DNA of 30,000 nt from Pyrinomonadaceae bacterium (GCA_036266295.1 DATANL010000550.1:1-30000), one strand, 5' to 3'. Shown: positions 1 to 10,646, counted from the first letter of the stretch. Numbers and translations: made by a program. The notes: generated by a model from the sequence alone, not told the origin.

Positions 1-415
1 CCAGCTCCTCCGAAACGCCGGCCAAACCTCGCGGATGACGGTGAATCCAGGCCGTGAGCCAGCTCCCGATATAGCCGCCACCAGAAACTGTCGAAAGGAA
101 ATCGAATTGGCCCAGCAGGCCGTAACGCGCCAAACCCTGTAGCAGGCCGAGCGCAAACGTGCCGCTACGAATCCCACCGCCGGAAAGGCAAAGCGCCGTG
201 CGACGTATTTTGTTTACGCGCAGCCAGCGGAAAAACTCGCCCAGCATCGCATCATTAATCCTGGTTTCGCGCTCACGAGCATCGGAAATATCGGCGAAGC
301 TCACGGTGACACGTTCTAGCATTGCGGCTACAGCTTCATCAGAGAGCCTTACTTTCGACTGAGCGTTATGCTCCGCAATCAGAACGTTATAGACCGGAAT
401 TGGCGATTCATTCAT
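1..415 (-). CDS. Patatin-like phospholipase, N-terminal part (runs off the left edge; absent from ORF track)
   Basis: Manual translation from ATG at 415: MNESPIPVYNVLIAEH...TALCLSGGGIRSGTFALGLLQGLARYGLLGQFDFLSTVSGGGYIGSWLTAWIHRHP, with no stop to position 1. It contains the patatin oxyanion-hole motif GGGIRS and the nucleophile-type motif TVSGG (x-x-S-x-G). Confidence 0.9.
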   Translation of the reverse strand, partial: MNESPIPVYNVLIAEHNAQSKVRLSDEAVAAMLERVTVSFADISDARERETRINDAMLGEFFRWLRVNKIRRTALCLSGGGIRSGTFALGLLQGLARYGLLGQFDFLSTVSGGGYIGSWLTAWIHRHPRGLAGVSEEL

Positions 416-632
416 GAGGAACCCCCCAAGACAATTCAAGGTAAGCGGTCAAGGTGCCTGGTAATAGCTAACGAACAGGCGCCGGTAATACTCCAGCCGC
501 TCCCCTCTACGTTTCGCCTTCCTATTACGACAAAGCGTAGCGAGAACGCAAATTAAATTTGGACGTTGCCCGACCGCAGACGTTTCATGCAGCCCAGGGA
601 GCACTCCCGTTTTCGCGCGCGATTTGCGAAGG

Positions 633-2684
633 CTATTGGTTCAACGCCTTCTTGGCCAACCAAAGCGCAATCAACTTGTCGGTGTCCAGGCCAAACCCGA
701 AATTAAATCTAAAGTGGCGCTTCTTTTGCTCCTCGGTTGCATTCGCATACGTGACCGCCAGCGGCAACGAAAATCCTGTGAAGACGGGAATCTCCATCTT
801 TAGCTGGCCCGCAGCAAGGTCGGCTTTCTTGTTGGTGCCCTTTGTGTTCTCCAACATTCGTTGGTAGCTGCCGGAAACTGAGAAGGTGATCTGGCTCTCG
901 TCCATCGTCGTAGTTACAAATGGACTGCGACCCAGTTTCCCCTCGATTGCCATCGTGAATAATCCGTCGCGTAACCTTTGCTGATTCAGCCTCGGATCGG
1001 GGTTGTGATAAAACGAGAACTCCCCGTTCAAGGCGATCTTCATCGGTGCGAATGCCTTCTGCAGATAGAGACCCTTAATCACCGAGTAATACGATCCGGC
1101 CGCCGGTCTGACGTTGGTGTATGAGACTGACGCTATCGGCTTGTCATCCAGCCGTTTGATCTCTGCGCGAACCTGGTTGCGGCCTTCGTCCGCGTCCAGC
1201 TCGGCTTGTGCGAAATCGCTAATCGATTTGTTTAGCGAGGCGACGGCTGCGGGCGGAACGATGATGTTGCCCTTGTTCAGCGGGTTATAAACTTCGTCTC
1301 TCAGGCGACAAAGAATCTCCTGCTTCACCGCAGACGTCTGACTATCCGCAGCAGCGGCCTTGGTGTTCTCCACCACCGTGATTAAATATCCATTTGGACC
1401 TTCGAAATTGTCGCGAACCGACCGTCGAAGTCTTTCGAGGGGGCGGACATCGTTGAACAGGTCATTAAATCCGGTCGTCAAAACAATGGCCCTCTTGCCG
1501 ATGAGGGGCAGCACGTTGGCATCCCAAAATTTCTGAAAATCATGGCCGCGAGCAGTGCGGTCCGGATTCAGCCTGAACTTGAGTGACCACTCATTGAGCT
1601 GCTTTCGGCTCGCGTTCGCCAGCACGTTATCCTGATTGTTCAGGTTGAAATTTGCCGAGATCCCGATGCGATTAAAAAAATCGTATTGCTGGTAGACATC
1701 CGAAGTGTCTCCATGAATGCTGGCGATCAGCGCATACGGTGAAGTGCTGAGGGTCAGGCTGGTTTGGTTGACTTCTTTCTGGATCGCACCGTGGTCAATC
1801 GCGAACGAGAGAATATCCGAGAAGTTCGGTTTTTCGAATAAGCTCGTCGAGCCACCGGCTCTGGCCGAAGCACCAATCTGCTTATCAGTTCTCCTGGTCT
1901 CTGCCGAAAACTGCTGCCACTTCAGCTTTCGTAGACCCACCTTTTGCGCATCCGTAAAGAGGGCGTCGGCAATCGTCAAAAACACCGCCTCGGTGTAATG
2001 CTTTTCGAATTGATCATAGACATGCTGCGCGACCACGCCGGCTTTGGCGCGATCCTCATTTGCCTGGTCAACGATCAGCACCGCTATTGCCTGGGCCATT
2101 TGGTCAAGTCGCGGAGGTGGATTCGGGTAGGAACCGGAGCATGGCGCAGGAGGTGCACTGGCCGCCGCCGTCCCCGAATTCGAGTTTGCAGTAGAGAGAG
2201 GTTTCGATTCAGATTCGCGCGTGTCTGAGACATCGCCGACCGCCGCGGACGGGCGGGACGCGGGGACGTTGCTGTCCTCAGTCTCAGTACCCACATCTGC
2301 CGGCCGGTTGGCGGCTTTGTCCGCCGGGCGCGGATCCGAATTCAGACTGCGAACGCCGGCTTGCAGTGCTTGAATCGAGGTTTCGATCTGCGCTCTCTCG
2401 TCCGAGCTGAGCGTAGATTCCATTTTGATTTGATAGGCACGTAAGTCCGCGATCCGTTTGTCGATCAATTCGCGAAGCTGTTGCCGGCGAGCGTTCAAGA
2501 ACTGTCGATTCAACGTTTTTACTTCCGCGGAAATCGAAGCGTCACCGTCGACGGCCTCCATTCGCTTAATTTGCTCTTTGAGTTGCTCGATGGTATCCGT
2601 TCGTGGCTGCTGGGCCACCGCGAACTTCATCGGTAACAAAGTAATGGCGCAGGCGAGTAGTAAGACGATCAGTTTGGAACGCAT
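633..2684 (-). CDS. Secreted hypothetical protein, 683 aa (signal peptide, coiled coil, Ser/Ala/Pro linker, beta-strand-rich C-terminus; possible outer-membrane protein)
   Basis: Long ORF. N-terminus MRSKLIVLLLACAITLLPMKFAVAQ is a Sec signal with an AVA-Q cleavage site. Heptad-rich residues ~30-110. The C-terminal ~170 aa has alternating hydrophobic strands (FSVSGSYQR, LKMEIPV, FRFNFGFGLD). Confidence 0.85.
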   Translation of the reverse strand: MRSKLIVLLLACAITLLPMKFAVAQQPRTDTIEQLKEQIKRMEAVDGDASISAEVKTLNRQFLNARRQQLRELIDKRIADLRAYQIKMESTLSSDERAQIETSIQALQAGVRSLNSDPRPADKAANRPADVGTETEDSNVPASRPSAAVGDVSDTRESESKPLSTANSNSGTAAASAPPAPCSGSYPNPPPRLDQMAQAIAVLIVDQANEDRAKAGVVAQHVYDQFEKHYTEAVFLTIADALFTDAQKVGLRKLKWQQFSAETRRTDKQIGASARAGGSTSLFEKPNFSDILSFAIDHGAIQKEVNQTSLTLSTSPYALIASIHGDTSDVYQQYDFFNRIGISANFNLNNQDNVLANASRKQLNEWSLKFRLNPDRTARGHDFQKFWDANVLPLIGKRAIVLTTGFNDLFNDVRPLERLRRSVRDNFEGPNGYLITVVENTKAAAADSQTSAVKQEILCRLRDEVYNPLNKGNIIVPPAAVASLNKSISDFAQAELDADEGRNQVRAEIKRLDDKPIASVSYTNVRPAAGSYYSVIKGLYLQKAFAPMKIALNGEFSFYHNPDPRLNQQRLRDGLFTMAIEGKLGRSPFVTTTMDESQITFSVSGSYQRMLENTKGTNKKADLAAGQLKMEIPVFTGFSLPLAVTYANATEEQKKRHFRFNFGFGLDTDKLIALWLAKKALNQ

Positions 2685-2726
2685 GTCGGAACCCTTTCCT
2701 GGTGAGATTAGAAATTAACTACGGCT

Positions 2727-3068
2727 TCACAGCGGAAACTCGAACTCGATGGCCACCGGCTCTTCCGAGTCCGGGTCGTCCTTTGCGATGGTTGGACCAT
2801 CGAACGGCCCTGAGCCGGGACTCGACACTTTTACTTGAAAGCTTGCTCCATCCTGCGCGGCGGTGAAATCACAAGTGACTGCGCCGAAGATGGCCGCGAC
2901 GCCACCGTCGGCGGTGAACCTGAAAGTTCGCGGACTTGCGGCGATTTGGTCCACGGTGGCGGGCGATGCCGTGAACGTTGCGGTATCGCCGACCTGAGTG
3001 GCGATGATTTGTACCGTGATAACTTCGCCTGGGCTTACCTCATACCGCGATGTTGTTTTTTGTTCCAT
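2727..3068 (-). CDS. Hypothetical protein, 113 aa, beta-strand-rich, acidic, no signal peptide
   Basis: ATG preceded by GAGAGGAATC (SD-like). GC-rich third codon positions. Co-oriented with the 683-aa gene, 42 nt upstream of it. Confidence 0.8.
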   Translation of the reverse strand: MEQKTTSRYEVSPGEVITVQIIATQVGDTATFTASPATVDQIAASPRTFRFTADGGVAAIFGAVTCDFTAAQDGASFQVKVSSPGSGPFDGPTIAKDDPDSEEPVAIEFEFPL

Positions 3069-3223
3069 CGTTGATTCCTCTCTTGATCAGGGACATGGGT
3101 TGCCGCTACACCTGTGATTTCAATGGCAAGTTGACGCTTTAACGAGCCCATTCGGAATGAACTCAGCTGCATAGAGTGTGTGAAAGCAGTGCGCGCGGCG
3201 CTGAAGATATTTGGGACAGGCGG

Positions 3224-3252
3224 CTTATACTCTGATGCGCTGGTGGTGTCAA
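3224..3252 (-). promoter_or_regulatory. sigma70-type promoter TTGACA-N17-TATAAG for the 113 aa / 683 aa / patatin locus
   Basis: On the minus strand, TTGACA (3252-3247), a 17-nt spacer and TATAAG (3229-3224). Confidence 0.75.
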
Positions 3253-3325
3253 TAAATATTTCCAGCTCAAGATGATTCGCGCGCTTGAGAAGCTTTTTAC
3301 GTGTTCCTTTTGTTAACGCACCGCA

Positions 3326-3862
3326 ATGGCCGCAGACCTATCAATCTGGACTATCGGGCACTCAACTTTGTCACTGGAAAATTTTCTGGGCAGTTTGAGT
3401 TCCTTCAATATCCAACTGCTCGCCGATGTGCGCAGCTTTCCTGGGTCACGACGGTATCCGCATTTCAACAAGGAGAATTTGTCGACGGCTTTAACGGACG
3501 CAGGGATTCGGTATGAGCATTTGCGTGAGCTGGGCGGTCGCAGGCGCCCTCGACCGGATTCACTTAATATGACCTGGCGCAACGAATCATTTCGTGGCTA
3601 TGCCGATTACATGGAAACGAACGAGTTTCGCGAAGGCGTGGAACGACTAATCGAGTTGGCGTCAAAACAACGGGTCGCGATTATGTGCTCGGAGGCTGTC
3701 TGGTGGCGCTGTCATCGCAGCATGATTTCGGATTACTTGAAGGTGAAGGGAATCGATGTCATGCACATCATGGGTGAAGGAAAGTCCGAGCCGCATCCGT
3801 TCACTTCCGCCGCGCGCGTCGTTGATGGTGAGTTGTCCTATCGCGGCGTCTTAAGTGAATGA
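3326..3862 (+). CDS. DUF488 domain-containing protein
   Basis: Family motifs IWTIGHST, LADVRSFPGSRRYPHF, LGGRR, FRGYADYM, IMCSEAVWWRCHRSMISDYL. Confidence 0.92.
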   Translation: MAADLSIWTIGHSTLSLENFLGSLSSFNIQLLADVRSFPGSRRYPHFNKENLSTALTDAGIRYEHLRELGGRRRPRPDSLNMTWRNESFRGYADYMETNEFREGVERLIELASKQRVAIMCSEAVWWRCHRSMISDYLKVKGIDVMHIMGEGKSEPHPFTSAARVVDGELSYRGVLSE

Positions 3863-3895
3863 GAGCGGGATGCTTCGGCTGCGACCTCAGCGGCG

Positions 3896-3904
3896 TGATA
3901 AGAT
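3896..3904 (+). promoter_or_regulatory. Extended -10 element (TGnTAAGAT) upstream of the small Cys protein
   Basis: TG-A-TAAGAT lies 16 nt before ATG 3921, which supports 3921 rather than 3855 as the start. Confidence 0.4.
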
Positions 3905-3920
3905 TCACGCCATCGAAATC

Positions 3921-4166
3921 ATGATTCCCGGACAGAACGACAAAACTCATCGCTGTGAACGCTGCGATCGCGAGACGCCTCACGTGGTTGAATCGATCGG
4001 CGATGACAACCGCGCGCACTACGTTTGTTGGGACTGTGTCGCCAGGCAAGAGAAGCGCTTCAATCAAAAGCCCGGGTGGCGTCGCCACCACCGCACGCGC
4101 CGCTATGAACCAACCGCGCCGGTTCCGGCGCCGCAGGGTTTACCTGAACCGCCGAAGATTTCCTGA
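3921..4166 (+). CDS. Small hypothetical protein (~81 aa) with CxxC...CxxC, putative zinc ribbon
   Basis: MIPGQNDKTHRCERCDRETPHVVESIGDDNRAHYVCWDCVARQEKR. The two CxxC pairs are 20 residues apart. The ORF fills the gap between DUF488 and zwf and stops 2 nt from the zwf stop. The start is uncertain (ORF track gives 3855). Confidence 0.6.
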   Translation: MIPGQNDKTHRCERCDRETPHVVESIGDDNRAHYVCWDCVARQEKRFNQKPGWRRHHRTRRYEPTAPVPAPQGLPEPPKIS

Positions 4167-4168
4167 TT

Positions 4169-5710
4169 TTAAGACGCCTGAAATTTTCTGATATCGTGAG
4201 TTTTGTCCCACGCGCGATCATCTTTCGCCAGGAACTCATCAGCTTCTTTTGGACCCCACGTGCCGGCCGCATAATTTGGGAAACTGGGCGCCGGGGAATT
4301 GGCCCATGCTTCCTGAATCGGCTTGACGACGGCCCACCCCGCCTCGACCTGGTCGGCTCGCTGAAATAAAGTCGCATCACCCATCATGCAGTCATGCAGC
4401 AACCGTTCGTATCCGGTGCTGGGCACATCGCCGAAATAATCTTCGTAATCGAAATTCATGTTGACGGCGCCGATGTTGAGAATCGGCCCCGGAATTTTTG
4501 CGCCGAAGCTCAGAGAGATTCCTTCGTCGGGCTGAATGTGAAGCACCAGGCGGTTCGCCGATAATTGATCGACTTCCGTTTCGCGGAAAAGAATGAACGG
4601 CGCGCTCTTGAATTTGATTACGATTTCCGTGTCGCGCGCGGCGAGTCGCTTGCCGGTGCGCAGATAGAAAGGCACGCCGCTCCAACGCCAGTTGTCGATC
4701 AAAATCTTCAGCGCGACAAACGTATCGACCGACGAGTCAGGCGCGACGTTGGGTTCGCTGCGATATGCCGGCACAGGCTTACCAGCGATTGTGCCCGCAT
4801 CGTATTGTCCGCGAACGGCGCGTTGCCCGGCTTCTTCCGGCGAAGGACATTGGATCGCGTGCAGCACCTTCGCCTGTTCGTCGCGCACCGCGTTAGCCTT
4901 GAACGAAACCGGCGGTTCCATAGCGGTCAGGGTCACGAGCTGAAGCAGATGATTCGGCACCATGTCGCGCAGGGCGCCGGCTTGTTCGTAATAGCCGCCG
5001 CGCTGCTCGACGCCTACCTTCTCAGCTGCGGTTATCTGCACACATTCGATGTAACGCCGGTTCCAAATCGGCTCAAAGATTCCGTTGCCGAAGCGAAACA
5101 CCAGAATGTTCTGCACTGTTTCTTTGCCGAGATAATGATCGATGCGATAGATCTGATCTTCTTTCAACACCTGCTGAATGTCGCGATTCAGTTCCTGCGC
5201 TGAACTGAGATCGGACCCGAACGGCTTCTCGATGATCACGCGCCGCCAATGATCGTCATTCTCCTCGGTCAATTCAGCCGTGCCGAGTTGGTGGACGACG
5301 CTGGCGAAGTATTGCGGCGCCGTGGCCAGGTAGAAACAATAATTTCCACCGGTGTTGTGTTCCTGATCGAGCCTGGTCAGGGTGCTCTTTAGATCGGCAA
5401 ACGTGCTGTCGTCAGCGAAATCTCCGGACCGATAGAACAGCCTCTGCGTGAGCCATTCGACTACCGCCGGGTCGAGTTTCTCGGTCGCAAATTCATGCAG
5501 GTCGTCGCTGAGTCGCCGTCGAAATTCGTCGTCATTCATCTCAGCGCGCGCGACGCCGACGACGGCAAATTGATCCGGCAGCAGTTCGTTCTTCCGCAGG
5601 TTATAGAGCGCGGGAATTAATTTGCGTTTGGTCAGATCGCCGGCTGCGCCAAAGATCACCAGGATGCATGGCGGGCTGACGTGGGATTTGTTTTGCTTCG
5701 TGTCGGTCAT
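4169..5710 (-). CDS. zwf: Glucose-6-phosphate 1-dehydrogenase
   Basis: [12 protein letters not shown]-binding motif, RIDHYLGKE active-site motif, [25 protein letters not shown]. Confidence 0.98.
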   Translation of the reverse strand: MTDTKQNKSHVSPPCILVIFGAAGDLTKRKLIPALYNLRKNELLPDQFAVVGVARAEMNDDEFRRRLSDDLHEFATEKLDPAVVEWLTQRLFYRSGDFADDSTFADLKSTLTRLDQEHNTGGNYCFYLATAPQYFASVVHQLGTAELTEENDDHWRRVIIEKPFGSDLSSAQELNRDIQQVLKEDQIYRIDHYLGKETVQNILVFRFGNGIFEPIWNRRYIECVQITAAEKVGVEQRGGYYEQAGALRDMVPNHLLQLVTLTAMEPPVSFKANAVRDEQAKVLHAIQCPSPEEAGQRAVRGQYDAGTIAGKPVPAYRSEPNVAPDSSVDTFVALKILIDNWRWSGVPFYLRTGKRLAARDTEIVIKFKSAPFILFRETEVDQLSANRLVLHIQPDEGISLSFGAKIPGPILNIGAVNMNFDYEDYFGDVPSTGYERLLHDCMMGDATLFQRADQVEAGWAVVKPIQEAWANSPAPSFPNYAAGTWGPKEADEFLAKDDRAWDKTHDIRKFQAS

Positions 5711-5721
5711 CTGATCGTTTG

Positions 5722-5809
5722 CCCTCTCCTTTGGGAGAGGGCTGGGGTGAGGGCCGACGATGCGCTTCTACATAAGCCCTCACCCTGACCCTCTCCCAGA
5801 GGGAGAGGG
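5722..5809. repeat. REP doublet, family A (CCCTCACCC..CCCTCTCCC-N4-GGGAGAGGG)
   Basis: CCCTCTCCTTTGGGAGAGGGCTGGGGTGAGGG (5722-5753) and the inverted arm CCCTCACCCTGACCCTCTCCCAGAGGGAGAGGG (5777-5809), between gnd and zwf. Confidence 0.9.
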
Positions 5810-5816
5810 AATCAAC

Positions 5817-6791
<975 letters not shown>

Positions 6792-6803
6792 AAAATGTCT
6801 TCC

Positions 6804-6875
6804 TGTAGGGGCAGGGCTCGTCCCTGCCCGTCCTTTGTTGTCGAGAGCGGGCAGGGACAAAGCCCCGCCCGTACA
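6804..6875. repeat. REP doublet, family B (TGTAGGGGCAGGGCTYGTCCCTGCCCG), copy 1
   Basis: TGTAGGGGCAGGGCTCGTCCCTGCCCG (6804-6830) and the inverted arm CGGGCAGGGACAAAGCCCCGCCCGTACA (6848-6875). GTAG tetranucleotide followed by a hairpin. Confidence 0.9.
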
Positions 6876-6876
6876 G

Positions 6877-8616
6877 TCATAGCGCCTCCGCAATCGCAGT
6901 CCGCAGCGTACGCAATCCCTCATCAACATTTGCGTCCAAATGCACTCGTAGTGCGCGACGGCCACGCTCGCTCAACACTTCAAAATCACCACGTGCCTGC
7001 GCGGCCTTCACCACGCCAAAAGTATATTTCTGTTCCGGCACTGCCAGGTCGTTCTGATCGTCGCAAGTGATTTGCAGAAACACGCCCGTCTTCGGCCCAC
7101 CCTTGTAAGCCTGGCCCGTCGAATGAAGAAAGCGCGGGCCAAAACCTAAACATGTCGCCACTCGTTTCGCGTCGCGCACACTCGCGCGGGTTGCCTGGAG
7201 TAACTGCTCGTGCGCTTCGTTCATTTCGAGATAAGCGAGTATCGCGAAGTAATCATTGTGCTCAAGACGATCGAGATGAGCTTTGAGGTAAGCCGTCAAC
7301 GACTCTTCGCTTACCGCTTTTCGCAACGCCGCGGCGTTGTCAGAATCGGCAAACAGTTTGATGCCGTTAGCGTCGAAAAACGGAGACTCGGCAGGCAGCG
7401 AGCCACTGCGCTCGTACTCATCAGTTAGTTTGCGCGTTTCGATCTTGCTGGCTTCGACATCGGGTTGATCGAATGGATTGATGCCGATGATCGAGCCGGC
7501 GACCGCCGTCGCAATCTCCCAGCGAAAAAATTCCTGACCGAGATCGTAAACGTCCCCGATCGAAATCATTACCAGCGGATGTCCGGCCTCGATTAGCAGT
7601 TTGATCGCGGCGTCCTGCGAACTGTCCGGCGCCGATTCCAAACGTAGATAGACGAACACGCGATCGTCGCCATAGGCATCGGGCGTGGTGACACTCTCGC
7701 GATCGACCGGAATCAAACCCTTGCCGTTCTTGCCGGTCGATTCGGCCACCAGCTGCTCCAACCACGCGCCGAGATCGTATATGCCCGGTGACGAGATGAT
7801 TGTAAGTTTGTCTCGTCCGGCATTGTGCGCCGACCCGAGAACGCCACCGAGGATCACGCCGGGATTATTTCTCGCCGATGCTTCACCGCAAGCTCGCACC
7901 ATGGGAATCGCGCGCTCAAGAAAATTGGCGACGTCGATGCCCATCGCGGCCGCGGGCGCCAGACCGAAATCAGAAAGCGCCGAGTAACGTCCGCCGATCG
8001 ACGGCACTCCCAGAAAAATCTTGCGGAAGTTTTCGCGCTCGGCTTCTTCGCGCAGCTGCGATCCCGGATCGGTAATGGCGATAAAACGGCTGGCGGCCTC
8101 GTCTCCGACCGCGTCCTGGGCGCGGGCAAAGAAATATTGTTTGAAGATGTTCGGCTCGAGCGTGGCGCCGGACTTACTCGACACGATGAAGAGCGTATTG
8201 GCGAGATCGATTCTATCTTCAATCGATTTCACTTGCGCTGGATCAGTCGAGTCGAGCACGTGAAGTCCCGGAAACCCTGCCTGCACGCCGAACGACTTGG
8301 CCAGGACGTCCGGACAAAGACTTGAACCACCCATGCCGAGCAGGAGGACGTGGCTGAACCGCGCGTCTCTTACCTCAGCCGCGAAGTTGGTAAAGCGCTT
8401 CACGGTTTTGAGTTGCTCGTCCGCGATGTGCAGCCAGCCGAGCCACTTGTCTTCGCCTTTATCAGTCCAAAGAGAAGGGTCCCGGGCCCAAAGCCTCGCG
8501 ACCTTTCGTTGCGCGTCCCAGTTATCGAGCGCCAGCTCGACCGTGCGCAACAAATCGTCGGGCAAGGACAGGTTCTGTTGATTGAGTTTGTATTGAATCG
8601 CGACCTCCCCGGTCAT
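6877..8616 (-). CDS. pgi: Glucose-6-phosphate isomerase of the transaldolase/PGI-fusion type (PGI half only), 579 aa
   Basis: [67 protein letters not shown] 8616 overlaps the mtnA stop (ATGA). Confidence 0.88.
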   Translation of the reverse strand: MTGEVAIQYKLNQQNLSLPDDLLRTVELALDNWDAQRKVARLWARDPSLWTDKGEDKWLGWLHIADEQLKTVKRFTNFAAEVRDARFSHVLLLGMGGSSLCPDVLAKSFGVQAGFPGLHVLDSTDPAQVKSIEDRIDLANTLFIVSSKSGATLEPNIFKQYFFARAQDAVGDEAASRFIAITDPGSQLREEAERENFRKIFLGVPSIGGRYSALSDFGLAPAAAMGIDVANFLERAIPMVRACGEASARNNPGVILGGVLGSAHNAGRDKLTIISSPGIYDLGAWLEQLVAESTGKNGKGLIPVDRESVTTPDAYGDDRVFVYLRLESAPDSSQDAAIKLLIEAGHPLVMISIGDVYDLGQEFFRWEIATAVAGSIIGINPFDQPDVEASKIETRKLTDEYERSGSLPAESPFFDANGIKLFADSDNAAALRKAVSEESLTAYLKAHLDRLEHNDYFAILAYLEMNEAHEQLLQATRASVRDAKRVATCLGFGPRFLHSTGQAYKGGPKTGVFLQITCDDQNDLAVPEQKYTFGVVKAAQARGDFEVLSERGRRALRVHLDANVDEGLRTLRTAIAEAL

Positions 8617-9680
8617 GGTGCGTTCGCCGAAAGCACGTTGCACAATTTTTGGAGGCTCTCAGTGTATGGAGGACGCGCGACACCGCGGTCGGTGATAATC
8701 GCGGCAATGAATTCATTCGGGGTCACGTCAAAAGCGAAGTTGTGCACGGCGACGCCGTCAGGAGTTAGCTGCTGATCGCTGAGGTGCGTTACTTCCCTGG
8801 GATCGCGCTGCTCAATCGGAATGTCATCGCCGGTGGCCGTGGCCAGATCGATGGTCGATAAAGGCGCGGCGACATAAAAGGGGATGTTGTGTTGCTTAGC
8901 CAGCACCGCAACCATGTAAGTGCCGATCTTGTTAGCTGCGTCACCATTCGCGGCGATGCGATCGGCGCCCACCACCACGCAATCGATCTTGCCTTGTTTC
9001 ATGATGTGCCCGGCCATGTTATCGGTGATCACCGTGACGGGAATGTTATCTTTCGCCAGCTCCCATGCAGTCAGCCGGGCCCCTTGCAGGAACGGACGGG
9101 TTTCGTCAGCGATGACTGCGACGCGCTTGCCGGCCTTAATCGCGCCGCGCACTACACCCAGGGCAGTTCCGTAATCGCCGGCCGTGGCCAGCGCGCCGGC
9201 GTTGCAATGCGTCAAGACGGTTGCGTTATCGGGAATCAATTTGCCGCCGAACAGTCCAATCGCGCGGTTGGCTTCGATGTCTTCGTTGTAAATCAAGAGC
9301 GCTTCGTCGGTCAGCCGCTGCTTTATCTCTTCAACGTCGCGCACCTTTTCAGACTTGGCTTTGACAATTACCGCGCGCATGCGCTCGATGGCCCAGAACA
9401 GATTGACGGCGGTGGGGCGCGTAGCTGCCATTACCTTGCACATGAAATCGAAATCGAATTCCAGATCGGCGACCGAAGTTCCGACTGACTGGCTGGCGCC
9501 CAGCGCTAGTCCCATCGCGGCGGACACGCCGATTGCCGGGGCGCCACGCACCACCATTTTCTTGATGGCATCTGCGACTTCTTCGTACGAGCGAAGCATC
9601 AGGTACTTCTCTTCGTTGGGCAGAATGCGCTGGTCCAACATGCGGACACCTTCACTGGTCCATTCGACGGTTTTGATCAT
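8613..9680 (-). CDS. mtnA: S-methyl-5-thioribose-1-phosphate isomerase (eIF2B-alpha-like family)
   Basis: [84 protein letters not shown]. Confidence 0.96.
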   Translation of the reverse strand: MIKTVEWTSEGVRMLDQRILPNEEKYLMLRSYEEVADAIKKMVVRGAPAIGVSAAMGLALGASQSVGTSVADLEFDFDFMCKVMAATRPTAVNLFWAIERMRAVIVKAKSEKVRDVEEIKQRLTDEALLIYNEDIEANRAIGLFGGKLIPDNATVLTHCNAGALATAGDYGTALGVVRGAIKAGKRVAVIADETRPFLQGARLTAWELAKDNIPVTVITDNMAGHIMKQGKIDCVVVGADRIAANGDAANKIGTYMVAVLAKQHNIPFYVAAPLSTIDLATATGDDIPIEQRDPREVTHLSDQQLTPDGVAVHNFAFDVTPNEFIAAIITDRGVARPPYTESLQKLCNVLSANAP

Positions 9681-9715
9681 GCGAGTTAATTAATTATGCC
9701 TTGGATTGAGCGGGA

Positions 9716-9744
9716 ATCTTAACTGAGGGCGACATTCGTGGCAA
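9716..9744 (-). promoter_or_regulatory. sigma70-type promoter TTGCCA-N17-TAAGAT for the mtnA-pgi-gnd-zwf operon
   Basis: On the minus strand, TTGCCA (9744-9739), a 17-nt spacer and TAAGAT (9721-9716), 35 nt upstream of the mtnA ATG. Confidence 0.65.
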
Positions 9745-9774
9745 CGACGCGTTTGTGAGATCGGCATATCAACG

Positions 9775-10008
9775 TCAGGGAAACGTCTGAAGCAGAACGA
9801 TGATCGCCATTAAGCCGAACATCACACCGCCGCCGACGCCGCCCACGCGAAACAGGATGTCCGTCATCAGCCGTTGCTCTGCTTCTGATTTGCCGATGGA
9901 TTTGATCCACCACGGTGTCGGCAATTTGCTCCGTGCAGATTTGCTGAGAGCGACCACCCAGCACAGCGCGGTGACGAGAGTCAGTAGCAGCAGCTCGAGA
10001 GAGTTCAA
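9775..10008 (-). CDS. Small hypothetical membrane protein, 77 aa, two hydrophobic segments
   Basis: LLLLTLVTALCWVVAL and VGGVGGGVMFGLMAIIVLL. GC-rich third positions. TTG start 15 nt after the dinB stop, with no clear SD. Confidence 0.55.
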   Translation of the reverse strand: MNSLELLLLTLVTALCWVVALSKSARSKLPTPWWIKSIGKSEAEQRLMTDILFRVGGVGGGVMFGLMAIIVLLQTFP

Positions 10009-10023
10009 GGCGCGAAATATTTT

Positions 10024-10596
10024 TCAGACCGATTCGCCGGTCGAGGCTGCTTCGAGACCCGAACCAAACGCGGCGGCGATTTCACGGACCTGGAGTGTGT
10101 GCCGGGCTTCATGACTGCCATTGAACAGAACCCACTGATACATATTGATCGGACCAAGTATCGGATGGGGCTGAATAACTTGTGCCAGCGCCAATCCGTC
10201 ACCGTTCAGAAAGGCCGCGCGCAGACTTTCTCGCGCCTGATCGAATTCATTCCAGGCAGTTTGAATGTCGACTTGATCGCGCGGACGAATTTTTTCGGGC
10301 GCGGGGACCTTGCGGCTGCGATCGAGAATTCGCTCCGCCGGAATTGTGTTCAGCACAGACGAGGTTGCGGTCTCGGGTCCCAGGCCCGCGGTCTGCGCTT
10401 CGCTGATCGCTTTCCCGACGAGCGTAGCTACAAGTCTATGGGCGATGGCCAGGTGATCGAGCACCTGGGCTGCAGACCATCGATCGGCGGCAGGTTTCTG
10501 ATCGCGGAGGTCGGCCGGAATCGAATCCACCGCCGCGCGCAATTCGTCACGCGTCTTATTGAGATAATTGAGTACCTCTTCAGTTCTGGGATGCAT
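10024..10596 (-). CDS. DinB/YfiT-like family protein
   Basis: WSAAQVLDHLAIAH and HPILGPINMYQWVLFNGSHEARHTLQV (metal-binding His triad). SD GAAGGAG upstream of the start. Confidence 0.9.
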   Translation of the reverse strand: MHPRTEEVLNYLNKTRDELRAAVDSIPADLRDQKPAADRWSAAQVLDHLAIAHRLVATLVGKAISEAQTAGLGPETATSSVLNTIPAERILDRSRKVPAPEKIRPRDQVDIQTAWNEFDQARESLRAAFLNGDGLALAQVIQPHPILGPINMYQWVLFNGSHEARHTLQVREIAAAFGSGLEAASTGESV

Positions 10597-10628
10597 CGGT
10601 TCTCCTTCTGGTCTGAACTATCATTAAT

Positions 10629-10646
10629 CAAAGGGCAAAGGTCAAA
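10629..10646. repeat. Short heptamer tandem repeat CAAAGGG-CAAAGGT-CAAA
   Basis: Direct reading; about 2.5 units of a 7-nt period. Confidence 0.45.

Noticed and set aside
1-415. CBASS CapV-type patatin effector
   Set aside because: No CD-NTase or other defence gene is visible. The GGGIRSGTFALG...STVSGGGYIG form resembles large membrane-associated patatins.
3035-3172. 45-codon minus-strand uORF overlapping the start of the 113-aa gene
   Set aside because: No SD, no recognisable motif, and such an ORF is expected by chance.
5601-5783. Short ORFs translating REP sequence (e.g. [11 protein letters not shown] at 5601-5783; 17033-17479; 22184-22372; 22796-23014; 22973-23164; 26499-27044)
   Set aside because: They are spurious translations of palindromic repeats and flanking genes.
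6792-6965. 58-aa N-terminal extension of gnd in the ORF track
   Set aside because: It reads through a family-B REP and overlaps the pgi end. The conserved protein begins at MQIGMIG (ATG 6791).
8617-8643. ORF-track pgi start at 8643, or an mtnA-pgi fusion
   Set aside because: The frames differ and mtnA has its own stop. The ATGA overlap at 8613-8616 is ordinary translational coupling.
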